A stretch of DNA of 64,000 nt from Camelus dromedarius (taxonomy: Eukaryota): positions 89,964,001 through 90,028,000 of the forward strand of contig NC_087437.1 of assembly GCF_036321535.1 (NCBI RefSeq), read 5' to 3'. Made by a program: the position numbers and the translations under genes. The notes under the pieces are model-generated. The model did not search any database, was not told where the DNA came from, and worked only from the letters and a program-made list of their open reading frames with translations. Positions 28,419 to 42,433 of this stretch are shown one piece after another. The first letter of the stretch is position 1. Every line of letters starts with the position of its first letter.

Positions 28419-29403
<985 letters not shown>

Positions 29404-30329
29404 AAATGAAATGGAAATTAAACAACTCTATAAGCAATTATAAACTGTGCTATTCAATGAGCATAAACATAAGAACTCCATGAAGTATGAATAAGATGGA
29501 ATGATACCATCTGCAATTAAAAGCACCATAACCCAGTTAACTGTTTTGTGCATAATGGCTAGTGAATCCTTGTCTGGCTCCTAAAATTGCCAGATGTGCC
29601 CTGATTGGCATAAATTAGGTCTACATGTATGTGAAACTTTGGGCTGTATATCTTGCATCCTTATAGAATATTTAAGTACTTTTTTATATTACATTTCAGT
29701 ACTCTTCAGCAGAATAACTATTCAACATATGTACTTCACAAAGTTCGAAGTTCACATTTAGAAATAAGACAAGTATGTCTTAGGTGAGTTGTTTCTTACC
29801 ATGCTAGGGTAGTTTTCATTTTCCAATCATGAATTAGTACATCAGTACACCTCATATATTTTGATCCTCCTTTCCTGCAATTTATAATATCTAAGTATTT
29901 ACATGCAGGTATTTTTAAAGATCCACCAATATATTTTCCTGGTTTAAGAAAAACATATAAGCATGCATATTAAAATTATTTCCAATGAACACATGTATAT
30001 AAATACATGATTTGATGTTCTGAAGATAAATTCATCACGTCTTACTAATATTTTGCAGTTAAAGTGTAGAATAAAGATTCTATAAACTTCTTAAATCAAG
30101 CAAAAAGTTCATAGGAGTATCGATATAGGGACAGGACCGCACAATGTTGAAGAATGTTTGCTGTCTCAGTTAACTTTAGTCTTCTCATATGAAGGACCAA
30201 GGGACTATCCAGGCTAAACTCTCCTCTGGGACTTCTCATCTCCTTGACGCATATCTCATCTCTAAGATTTTTATGCTATAATTATTACCATTAAATTCCA
30301 ACTGCTTTAAGGGAGCATGCCTAAGAGTG

Positions 30330-30425
30330 TGATCGTACTTAATGCCACAGAATTACACACCTAAAATGATTAAATGTTAAATATTGTTCTATATATTTAC
30401 AATAAAAAATGCAAAAAAAGAAAGA
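30330..30425 (+). mobile_element. Old L1M 3'-terminal fragment
   Basis: tacttaatgccacagaattacacacctaaaatgattaaatgttaaatattg...tttacaataaaaaa followed by an A-rich tail. Confidence 0.65.
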
Positions 30426-33400
30426 GAATACAATAGGCTTTCGACATTATTTACATGCAAATTTCACCTAATAGTGTTGAACAACTAAGTTTTCAAAATC
30501 ATGCTAAGCAGTAAAGGGCATAGAGACTAAAGACATATCCAGCCCTGAAATTATTAACAATCTTATCATAAAGGCAAAACAAGCAACTGAAAAGACTAAA
30601 TGTTGCTAAAGGAATTCAGGGGCGGACTTCGTTAAAATATTCTTGGACAAATTAAAGACTTGACTGAATACTAAACAGCTCTGCTCATTTAAGATACTGG
30701 TTCTGTCAGTAAGGGAAGCGTGGTCACAATAATCAGGGAGGCCCCTGTTCTGTGATTCCTGACATCTGTGGCACCACTGCAATCATCACGTATGACAGTC
30801 CTTTGGGATCAGTAATTAATGGGGGAGATTTTAGTCACTTGCTTCATTTCCAGTTGCCTCTATCCTCTGTGGCTCCATAAGTAAACAGAAATCTTGACTC
30901 AAAGCCTTGGAAATCTGTTCTCTTTTTTAAGTTCCCAGGAAAATGAGAATTGCCCTTAGAACCCCTTAGTGACTTCCAGTGGTCCTATATAAATCTGAGG
31001 TTTCGTTCAAGAAGTCATGCTGGCCTGTACACAGACATCAAGAGAGTTGAAAATGGCGCTTATCTACCCTACTCTTCAAAACAAAAATTAAAAAGCTATT
31101 TTGCTGACAGTTTGTTTCTCTAAGGAGAAACAAAACTACTGGCTTTCCTCGTATCTTGAAACACCTAATACACTATGATTGAAGTATTAAAATATAATAG
31201 ATCACATATTATTAGTGATGCAAAAAATTAGTCCTATTACAGTCCTATTTCAGTCTTATTACAATTTTACTTGACTAACTGAAATTTGTCATGCCTTGCT
31301 TTGAAGTATTTACTATTTTTAGTTTAATTGCAGCTAAATACAGATTTTAAAGATGCGGCTTCATTCTCAAAATGTTGTATGAAAATAAATATTTTTGGAA
31401 TGCACAATTTCATATCTTTAGGAAACTCCAGTGTTTCTCTTCCTTGTATTTTCTGTCTCATAACTGAGTAACATCAATTGAACAGTTTAGTTTGGGTCTC
31501 CTGTTTTAACGAAATTGTTTTTCCTCCATAAAAATTCTGTTTTTCCAATATTTGGAATCATTTTCTAAGCCATAAAAGATCTACAATTGTGGTGTGGGTA
31601 GGTAGGTTTTTGATTTCATTATCAAATTTTCAGCCTAGTCTTCTGACTCAACTCCTGAAAATCAGTATTACTATGAGCAGGTTTTATTGCAGGTATCCTG
31701 CCAGGTTTGCTCCTGTTTGAATGAATTTTATGTGATACTGTCCTCCTCTTAACCCCAGTAGAATTTCACGTTTTTAATAATTTATTAAGTTAATTTGCTT
31801 GGTGCTTTCAACATTCTGGCACAGTTGTGTTGTCTAATAATTTTCTAATAAATAAAAATCTTATTTTCCCGTGTGATATTGTAGCACCAGTTTCAGTTTA
31901 TAAATTGAGCAAGACGACAGAAACCAAATGTTACAGTTCAGTGCTGTGTTCACATTTCAAGGAATCTTGACTATAAACTGTAAGGACATCATTGCCTTTC
32001 TTGTACAATAACTTTCTTAGAATTAATGTTATTAAGTCACAAATTAAGTATTTCTCCACATTACATAACTTCTCAATGAAGAATAAAATGGAGACTGTGG
32101 CATATTTACATGTGGACAAGTTTCTAGGATTTGGGCAAGGGTAAAAGTAGTGTAACAAGAACAAAGTATAGCAACCACATTTTAGTGTCTGTTTTGTGCA
32201 TTTGTTACCCATTTAGTCCCGGGGTGGGGGTGAATAGAGGAAAAAGAGGAGTGCATGCATATTTTAGAACAGGCTGTAAAATATGGAAATTAATAAAAAG
32301 GGAGCTAGCAATTGTTACGTTTCTACCATGTGTTAGGAATTACACTAAATACTTTATGCATGTCTTCTGAGTTGAAGTAGGTGTTATTGTTTTGATTTCA
32401 TAGTTAACAGTTATGAGAAGGTTCATAAGACCAGTAGTCAGACTCACATCTAGATGTTTGGATTCCATGCTCCTTCCCAAAGCATCTACAGTATTTAAGC
32501 CAAAAATTCATCTGTGCATAGTGAACACTACCCAGCTTCAAGTACTAAGGTTGAAATACATTTATGGGGATGTTTTTGGTCTCACTGAACCTGTTTTTTC
32601 ACCTATAATCTGAAGTATTTTGCAAAATTATCTTCAGAATTTTCCTGATTATTATTATCACCTCCTTACCAAATGGTTTTATTCTTTCTTGCTTACTTCC
32701 TGCTTATAATCAAGAAATGCCACTTTAAAATTATAAAGCTGACATAGTAAGTGGAAGCAAGATATTTTGTAAATTTGAGTCTTAAATTAGAAAAATTAAA
32801 ATTAGAAAAAAATTAAAATTAAAATATATTATTTGCCTTTAACATTTTAGCATTCAACACTAAAAAGGACAGGAATAAAATATTTTTACTGAATGAATGA
32901 ATGAAAAGATGAACAGATGGTTTTGTTCATGGATGTATCTCCAATGCTTACAACAGTAGCTGCTTGTAAGCACTGAGATGAAGGTATTCAAAAACATCAG
33001 ACTTCCTCTTGTTTTGAACTCCTAAACAACTTTATGTAAGTCAAGGTCTTATTATTATGGAGGATCAAATCAGGAAATATGTATTCCCCTAGGAGACTGA
33101 AATTATATGTCCTCTGAAGTTTTTTTTTTTTTAAGTGAGAGTTTCTTTACCTAAGAAATCCATTTAACCTTTATTGAATGACATTATTGGCAATAATGAT
33201 GAAAATGGAGTAACATTTATTATTCCAAGAAATTTAACGTCTTCTAATTGAGCAAGAAACACTGCACATATTAAACACGGCATCAACGTACTGACGGTCA
33301 CCTTAATTTGGAATTTTGACTTAAAGATTATTGGATACTATTTGACATATTAAAAAAAAAAGAAAAGAAAAAATAGAACCATTCTAAATGGACATTAGGG

Positions 33401-36400
33401 TGACTAAATAAACCGCTGTATAGTCACACACTGGATTACTACCTAACACCTGAAGAGCCTGAACATGAATAAATATCAAAAACATTTTACTGAATGAAAC
33501 AGAAAATTGCAAAGGGATAATTTATCAGTGCATTAGCACTCATTCAATCAAAAATTTTGATTCCCTTTTGGAGAATCTTTTATGCAGAAGCTCTTATTCT
33601 AGGCAAGGGGTACAGTACGGAGAACAAAATCATTAATATACATTTTCAAATAAATAATTTATATTAACATGAGAACATATTAATGTATAAAATTCAAAGA
33701 TACATATGGCAGGGATATCACTCAGCTTATTTCATTTTTAAAACCTGAGTAAAATATGGCAAAATATTCGCATTTGATGTTTGGGCCTGAGTTCATGAGT
33801 GACTGCCATTCTATTTACCATACGTTCTAATGTTTAATTATTTTTTGAGTAAATCTATGTTAATAAGCATATACACCAAGAAGTACTGTATAAACATGTA
33901 GCAAAATATAAACACGTAGCAAAACCATAGCAATTTGGTGACTGAGAGTTGAGAATATTGGTCTTTGATCAAAACAGGAGGGAGTAAAAGAAATGCTTCA
34001 TTGTGAAAAAAGGAAAGGAAAACATCCTGTTCTTGCACAATTCAGCATCTGAATTGGCACTTTGCTTTCAGTTTCAGCGTTGACTTTTCAGTCTTTCCAA
34101 CTTCCTCCACGCGGCGTGTCTGCCTCTGGAGTGGCAGCAGCTCTCACGGCTGCTTTGGCTGCATTTGGCAGTCGTAATATAAGAAATGAGCCAAGCGCTT
34201 GAATCCGGGTCTTTTTTTTTTTAATTCATTCTTTCTTTCCTCTATGTTTTTAAAGCAACATCTAGTACTTCAGCTCATTCCTTGGCAACTGCTATCTTGC
34301 TTGGATAGCCATCAATAATGGTGTTAACACAGAGTGACTACGGTCAGAGACTCAGGTTCTGTGGCACCAGTGGCCTTGCTGGTCATGCAGCCAGTGCACC
34401 TGCTGCTGGTGCAGCATCAGGCTGTTGATAAAACTGTAATCCCCTCATGCTTCACCAGTTTAGCTTTGAAAGCCACCGCGGGCATGTAGGAATGTCTCAT
34501 GGAAAGAGTGAACACATTCCCAGGAATAATTTTTTTTCTATAAGCTTTCTTCTACATTTTCCTAATCCATAAACAATTACTTTTATTCATTTTAGAACTA
34601 GCAGAGGCGTAAGTTAAGTCTCCAAACTGGAACTAGGACTCAACTAACTCCTTTCCTTTCCAAGACACTTCAGTGGTCAACATGGGCATGTTTACCTCAA
34701 TTTCTTTAGGGAGGCTTATTAGGAGGTGCTTGGGGCAAAATTTTTCTTAGATGCAAAATTCTAATCTGAAAATTCCTTCACTCCTTAAATTTTCTCTTTG
34801 AGTTATATCATTCAAAAAATTGTCATCACTGAATGGAGATTCCCTCTACCCATCTCTCAGCAAATCTTAACCTGTTTTCAAAATCACATGAAGTTTGAAT
34901 TGTTGTAGAATTACAGCTCAGGAAACAAAAATAATTTTCTAAAAAGTTATATGTGTGTTCTGAATGCTTAATGATCCCATTAAGAGAAGAGAAACTCAGC
35001 TAAAACCACATTTACTATAAAATGCTCCACCCAACTTCAGTCTATGGAAATAACTGTGGCTTATGAGTGTGTTAATATATGTTAATTTAGGAGCTTAATA
35101 AATCCTTGACAGTTCATGTCACTATTAAACATAGACTGTATTCTGATAAAATGGAAACCCATTAATATAGGTCATTTCCACTTAGATCTTGACTAGGAAA
35201 ATGCACATAATATTAGGTTTATCAAAGTAGATGCCTCCTCATATATAAAAACAAAATCTAAAAAACAAATTACTTTTACATATTAAAACTATTACTAATT
35301 AAGATTTTGATAAAATACTGATGTATATGTATATATATACATGCTTACATTTAGTACGTATTTATCTCAGATATTTTCATGAACATGTTTATAACATGCA
35401 ATATATAGTATGCTTACATGTTATTATATGTTTATAATAGGTAATGCATTATATATTTATGCTATTACATGTTTATGATATATACTATATAACAGCATAA
35501 CAAATAATCAAATAAAGAGAGTAAAATCCAAAAGTTCTCAGAAACAGACACAAGCTATTTGAAAGTTATTTTATAATACTCAAGAGAGTGTATGCATAAA
35601 TAAAAATAGCACAACCAAAACAAAGATAATTCAATCTAACTCTCATATAATCAAATGCATACTTATCAGTCTTTTCCTTGGCCTTTAAAAATGGGTTTGG
35701 CTTACTGTCTGCTGAAGAAAATTCATTCTTGGCAAAGGTTTTAGACACAGGAGATCTGGTTTATTTTGATAAAATTGAAATTTAAAGACCACTTCTTTCC
35801 ATGATTGTTTTGGTGCCTATAAGACTTCCAAATGAAGGAGATGCTTTAAACATATGGATGGGGTTAAGATGCCATCTGTACCCTGCATGGGACCTCATAC
35901 ATACTAAATATTGGGATAGCTTTTCAGACAACACTTCTAACTGAAAAGTAGAAAAAATGGATACTTAAGCCTTGGTTAGAAAAACTCAAGTTATTATTAT
36001 AAGTAGCTGCAAGTATAAAATGTACAAATATTCACATATTTACATAGAAGATATTATAGAAAATACTCCTTTGTAAAATTGATGGCATTAACAGAACCAT
36101 AAATTTAAAGTCTGCAGAATTCTGAATTAACTTATTATATATCTATAAATTGAGTCCAGTAAGAAAAAAGCACCATAATATTAAGTACACTGGTAGATGT
36201 TTTGAAAGCCATTTTGAAAAGAAAATGCATTCCAGATTTTACATGGCAGAATCAACATCATTAATACCATTTCTTTTTTATTCCCCAAATAGAGTCACTT
36301 AGCCACTATTTGCTGCAAACCATAAAATTAATCCAGCTTTAACTTAAGGTACAAAATTTAAATGCAAAGTAATAGAGTGAGGCTTCTTCCTCCAGACATA

Positions 36401-36673
36401 TATATACATTTCTCATAACAATTTGATTCTATCTAATGAGCAGCACATGAGTACTAGCAAATTTCTAATAAAATGCTGTGGAATTGAGAAACAAAGCGAA
36501 CACAAGGATTCCTCCCTCCCCTTCTCACATGCCCTATAGGCACATCAGGAAAGTACTTGCCGTCTGCATTCCTAAGGTACAATTAAGACTGGTTTTATGA
36601 GCAGACAAGTAAATATGAGAAGTACCTGAAAGCATGCCCTCTGCTCCTTTTTTCTTAGTCTTCAAATGCTTTG

Positions 36674-36720
36674 TCTATATTTGTAAACACGAAGACTGGC
36701 TTTGTGTTTACAAATATAGA
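36674..36720. repeat. Near-perfect inverted repeat (17-bp perfect arms, extendable to 21 bp, 5-nt loop)
   Basis: TCTATATTTGTAAACAC (36674-36690) is the exact reverse complement of GTGTTTACAAATATAGA (36704-36720). The spacer gaag-actgg-cttt pairs further with one G:T. Confidence 0.95.
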
Positions 36721-37265
36721 TTTATGTCTATTGGATTAAACATGAAATTGAATTTTGAATAACACCTACTATTATCATCATAACAGTAGTGAAATAATTT
36801 CTTATGAAAGACCAAGTCATGTTGTCAAGGAACATGGGATAAAGGATGAGAAATGGACTCAATAGATTTAAGTGTTCTCAAATGCCTACAAGTAGCAAAA
36901 TGAGTATATGTTTATTTGTGGCTTTTTTCTTTCCTACCACTAAGTGAATCATTTTGTGCATTGATACATTCAACACAAAAGTAGAAAATATTGTTGCAAT
37001 GGAATACTTTAGTTGTGTGTATAATCTTACACTCTTATTAAAACTGTAGAGAGGGATGCATTTTCTTTTTAATTCTTAAACAGAACCACAAATTGAGTCA
37101 TACGCTAGTGATCATTATATTTAATTATCTTTGGTTTTGCTAAGAAAATCCTTTTCATAAATGGAAAGATTTAAATAAAAGCAATAGGTTTAATAGTAAC
37201 TTAAGCTTTTCCATTTTTTTGAAAAATTGGAAATTTATGTTTTCAGTGTTTTTTAAAAAAAAAAA

Positions 37266-37389
37266 TTGGGGGGAAGGTAATTAGCTTTATTTCTTTATTT
37301 TGTTATTATGTAACAGAGGTAATGGAGATTGAACCAAGGACCTTGTGCATGCTAAGCATGCACGACCACTGAGCTGTACCCTCCCTCCC
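37266..37389 (-). mobile_element. tRNA-Ala-derived SINE (camelid vic-1-like)
   Basis: Minus strand reads GGGAGGGAGGGTACAGCTCAGTGGTCGTGCATGCTTAGCATGCACAAGGTCCTTGGTTCAATCTCC, with A/B boxes and a tRNA-Ala(AGC)-like arm, then an A-rich tail. Confidence 0.85.
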
Positions 37390-39914
37390 ATAATCTACTA
37401 TTTCAATAATGGTTGTTTATTTTAATTCCTATATCATTTCTCTGATCTCTTTGTTCTCTCCAAATTCATAAGTAGCAGAGATAATTTTCATCTTAGTTGC
37501 AGTTAAGTATATATACACACACAAAAACATACATATATGTGTGTATAGATTTGTATGCTGTTTTTAATTCAATTTTTAAAAAAAATTATCACCTAAGCTC
37601 ATTTTTATATGAAATCTCAAGGCATTAAAGCAACTGTAACAGAAATTTCCCCTACCTTCTTTAAAAGGCAAAAAAATGCCCTTGTTGATTTATAACTCTT
37701 CATCCTGCCCTGCACTGATCTCTTTTTCTAGTTTTTGTTATGCAATCACAAGGTTACCACAAAGTGACATGGAAATGGTATTAAAATAATAAAACCAATA
37801 ATTCAGAGTAAATGGTTTAGGAGTCCTGCTTGAATACCTTTCAAATTCGTTCATGAATAAAGAATCTTATTTTATTGGGCTAAATATATTGTTAAAATCT
37901 AAAAATTTATTCACATTGACACTGTGAATTATTTTCTAAGCTCAGTAATTTTGATGCCTGTCCTGATTTGTAAATCGCCATATAGCTGCCTAAGCATGCA
38001 CAGGATATTATGTGCCTTGTAAAATGAGCAGTAAATGATTTTCTGTACTGTTGTTCTTAATGAGAGAATACAAAGCTATTCAGAGAGAGCTACAATTGTG
38101 AAATAGTTTCTTTACTGACCTAGAGCAATCTGTGCTCTCTCTCAACTGACTTCATGAACATTAAAATGCTGTTTTGAGATAAGATTCAAGATACAAATAA
38201 TCACTGCTACCATTGTAAACTGCATGAAATTTTATAACTCACTTACATTGCTTAGATTTTAAATTTACCTTAAAATATTCTGAATAGTAACACTTCTTAA
38301 GGTAAATCTATAAACATTTAAAAGGTTATAGTATATTGTTAAGGATATATGTTTAAATATATAAACACAACACACTTCTATATGTGATATATGGACAATA
38401 CCCATTCTTTAAATTTTAGGGCTTACTCTGGTTTTAGTTAAATACAAAAATCTGTATGTATGTAAATACATTAAATCTTTAGTTATTTAAATATTAAAAA
38501 TAAATATTTTAAATGCAAAAATATTTAAAATATATTTCCAATTTCTGAAATGAACATTAAAATCTGATTTATAACTAGGTATATATACTTTTTTTGTTGT
38601 AATTAATGAAGAATAACTAAAATGACAGTATATGAAACCTCTCCTACATGTAACTTTGGAGATTTGATTTAAAATATCTTGTGAGACAAATGACAATATG
38701 AAGGTATATTCAACAGTAAGTCATAAAGTACTTCTATGCTTCAAAAAATTTACTACTTTTTTTCTAACAAACATTTAAAAGTATAATATAGACTCAGGGT
38801 ACAAATCAAAATAACACCAAATTTCAAAGTAAGATTCATTTCCTTTCATGTATATCTTCCTGCAACGTAATTACTTTTGGTTATACAAAGTATATTTAAA
38901 TTAAATAAATTTGAATCACATTGAAAGACAAATACTACTAGACACTCCATACTCCTGTTCTTGTCATATTTTGTCAGTATCCTGACCAAGGTAGTTATTT
39001 TAAATCAAGAATAACCGCATCTAAGATCTTGTGGGAAAAATGTTAGCTTGAATGTAAATACTAAGCAAGAGACAAGGAGTGTGATGGAAGCAATATGGGT
39101 TACTTTAAATTGTTGAAAAGCATCAACTAGCAACTATTCAAGTCCATGATCACACACATTAAGTGTAGGTTAAACTACCTATAAAACAATTTTTTGTGTT
39201 TAATATTCCTATAATTGGTATGATTATTATACTGGAATGATGTGTCCTAACTCCACATTTTACTTTACATTAAAAACACAGGGGAAGTAGTGACATACTT
39301 ATACTATTTTTTTTTTCAATAAAATCACTAGATTTTAAGTTAAGTAATACAATGATTTGAATTATGTTTTTAAAGACAAGCACAGTTAGCATAAACTCAT
39401 GTCAATTTGAAAGCAAATCAAATTTTAAAATCCTATATGCCCTTTAATTTAGATGCATATTTCAACAAAAAGATGAAAATTTCTCATTCCTGTACCTCTG
39501 TATGTAACACTGATTTTTAAAAGGATAAACCTCTTTTGAACCATATTTAACTTCTGTCATTCATTTTTTTAAAAATATTTCATTTACTGAGGTCTCAAAG
39601 ATAATACAGTATCACCTTAGAACCCAGATAGTATTAATTTTGAAGTATACACAGTACATCGATTTACTACCTATTTACCATTTATTATAACATATAGCAC
39701 AGATTTCCTTTTTACTCAGAACAAATACTCTGGTGCTTTTCTGATAAAATAGCTGTGTGAATAATCTGTGTCATACCTGTCAGGATAGAGTTTATAGATG
39801 GTCATTCCTAGAGCTAGGGAGTGAACCTTTTTGTAACACTTATTTTTAATGTTCTAATGTTTGGGTTTTTTTTTTTAAATAGTTTAGTTCTAATAGTTTT
39901 CTTAATTACAAGGG

Positions 39915-40075
39915 CACTGGGACCACCATCACTCCTGGATGTGGATATAAAAATGCATATTACTGGGCCCCACACTAGTCCTGAATCCAAATCTCTGGCA
40001 GTAAGTGCTCAGGAGAAGGCATTTTGAAAATGCTTTCCTTGGATTCTTATGTATGCCCAGGTCTGAGAACCACTG
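39915..40075. mobile_element. hAT-Charlie MITE, MER5-like
   Basis: aaaatgcatattactgggccccacac...tgaatccaaatctctgg...tctgagaaccactg terminus. Confidence 0.7.
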
Positions 40076-41599
40076 CCTTCCAGGAGAAGATTATAGGTTA
40101 GACTGACTTACATATTTCACACATATCACTTAAGCAGAAGCATAGAATTCTAATGTTTTATAAAGAAACTGAGGCCAAATTGTGATTTTCTCACATGACT
40201 AAATAGTTTGTGTAGCAGAGTGGTTCAAAAAAGCTTTTCTCAACACTGGCCAGATCTGCAGCACTTAACAATTATGTCTATGGGAAAGCTATGCTCTTGA
40301 CAATTCATTTTTTTCCTATATACAAAGAATAGTATCTGCTTTCCTTTGAAGAATAGAATATAATAAATTATCTGATACATGGTAAATAGTTATCATCATT
40401 AACGGTATCATTAACTTTTTGGTCCTAATTCCAACTCTGTTGTAGAAGTACATCTGTGTTTCCTTTTCTCACATTCACTTATTTTCTTATGTACCCCAGT
40501 GTTGTTTATTTAACTATAGGTGAGTAATTTTACCTTAAATATGGAAAACAAGAAATTACATTTCTAAGAACAGTATGTTAATGACATATACCAAAACATA
40601 TGTAGTCAAGAACATAAACTCTTAAAATCAAAAACAGGACGCATTCCTAAAGGAACACATAGTTTCAAAGTCCCATTCCAATGAGACTGCCCTGAATAAC
40701 TTAAGTCTTCTTAAACAGCTTTCAGAGTAATTTATTTTAAGTTTTATGGATTCTAACATTTGATAAAGTACATCTGTCTCCAATTTATTTTTTAAATGTT
40801 GTCATCAAATGTCATAGAACTGAGCTCTAATTTTAGATCTGCTTCCTAATTGTTTGATCTCTAATGAGTCAATTATCACATTTAGATCTCAGTTCCATCA
40901 TGTATAAATAAAATATTCGGACAGTTAACATCTAAAGTTTTTTGTACTTTTGAAGTTTTAAAATTCTAAAAATTTTATTTATTTAGCCATGCCTTTTTTA
41001 TACTACTTGTCCCAAAGATTGATTCCAATAAAGTGAAAAAATAATACAAATGATAAAATTTTTAAATAGTAATCACAATGTATCTATTTTTGCAATTTAA
41101 GGATATTGCAAATTTGAAATTTTTCATTTTATGAAAAAGCGTGTATAGTCACAAAAACATTTTAATTTAATTAATTTAAGATTTATAGTCCTTTTACTAA
41201 ATTAATAACTATCAGTAAAACATAATTCAAAATACGGAAGAATGAAAATTTCACAGGACAAAATTATGCAAAAATACTTTTATCTGGACTTCAGGGTGTC
41301 TGTGAGTTCTTTGAAATTATATGCAAAGTAGACTTTTTTTTTGAGGAGAGGGTACAGAATTTTCTTCAGATTTCCATAAAGGTACTCCAAAAAGAACTGC
41401 ATTGTGTGGGACCTGATAGTAGGAAAGGTAGGTAACACCATGAATAATACTTTAAATGACAAGGATTTTTTGTTTGTTTTCACAAAATTTGAGAAAATCT
41501 TTATACAGACACTTCATTATTAATTCTTGAAAAGGCAAAAGACATCAACTTTTTAATTCATAAATCATTGCATGCTTAGAATTTAAAGAAATACAAAGG

Positions 41600-42130
41600 A
41601 AGTAATGCATGCATTCATTTGTTCAATGAATCGTCATATGATCAAAGGTCACTTACAGTACCTACCCAAACAAAGCTCACAGTCCATTCGAGGGGCAAGA
41701 CATTAATCATATCAGTATCTATACAAATGCAACCACAATACAGGCTTCGAAAGAGAGGTCATTTTAGGTATAAAATCAAAAAATAAGAGGACTTGCTAGT
41801 CACAGCTGTCAGTGAAGGATTTTCTAAGGAAATGATCATTAAGTTCAAATCTAAGACTGAGTTGGGTTTAGTAGAGAAGAAGGTCAAAATTATTATTAAC
41901 TTTGGGGAAGGCATGCTGAAAGACCTGTGGAGGGAAATGACGTGGCCTCACGGGACTGAACCACCTGTGGCTGGAATGAAGAATGCCAAGATGAGCTTAG
42001 TTCAAGAGGAGCCTAGAGAGGAAGGGAGAGGAATGAGAAAGTAAGATTCTTTAGGTCAAGTTAAGAATTTTTGTCTTTTGCTTTGTAATATTGGAAACTT
42101 TTTTTGGTGGAAAGAGGAGTTTGGGATATA
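41600..42130 (-). mobile_element. L2 LINE relic
   Basis: Starts with cattcatttgttcaa (L2 tail) and has degenerate L2 motifs (gctcacagtc; gtcagtgaaggattttctaaggaaatga; ccacctgtggctggaatg). Confidence 0.55.
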
Positions 42131-42246
42131 GCAATACAATGAGCTGTTTTTCAAATCTTGCATATGAGTTTAGGAAATTTAGAGAACACATTTCTTTGAT
42201 TTGCAATGATCTAATTTGCCAATAGGAAACAGCTTGTGCTATCTAG

Positions 42247-42433
42247 CAGTGACTCCCAAACCTAAAAGTGTTCCAGAAATCTCCCAGAGAAACTGTTACC
42301 ACACAGATCACCAGGCTCTAATGCCAATTTCTGATTCAATATATCTGGGCTAGGTTCTAAGAATTTTCTCCTGTAACAAAATCCCAGGTACCGCTGTGTT
42401 GCTCTTGTGGAGACAACACATCAAGAACCACTG
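42247..42433. mobile_element. hAT-Charlie MITE, MER5A-like
   Basis: Terminal inverted repeats cagtgactcccaa...caagaaccactg, about 187 bp, with internal tttctgattcaatatatctggg and taacaaaatcccaggt. Confidence 0.8.

Noticed and set aside
30400..30425. AATAAA plus A-rich run as the SBDS retrocopy poly(A) tail
   Set aside because: It is the terminus of an old L1M fragment, and the intervening 1 kb does not resemble the SBDS 3' UTR as I recall it.
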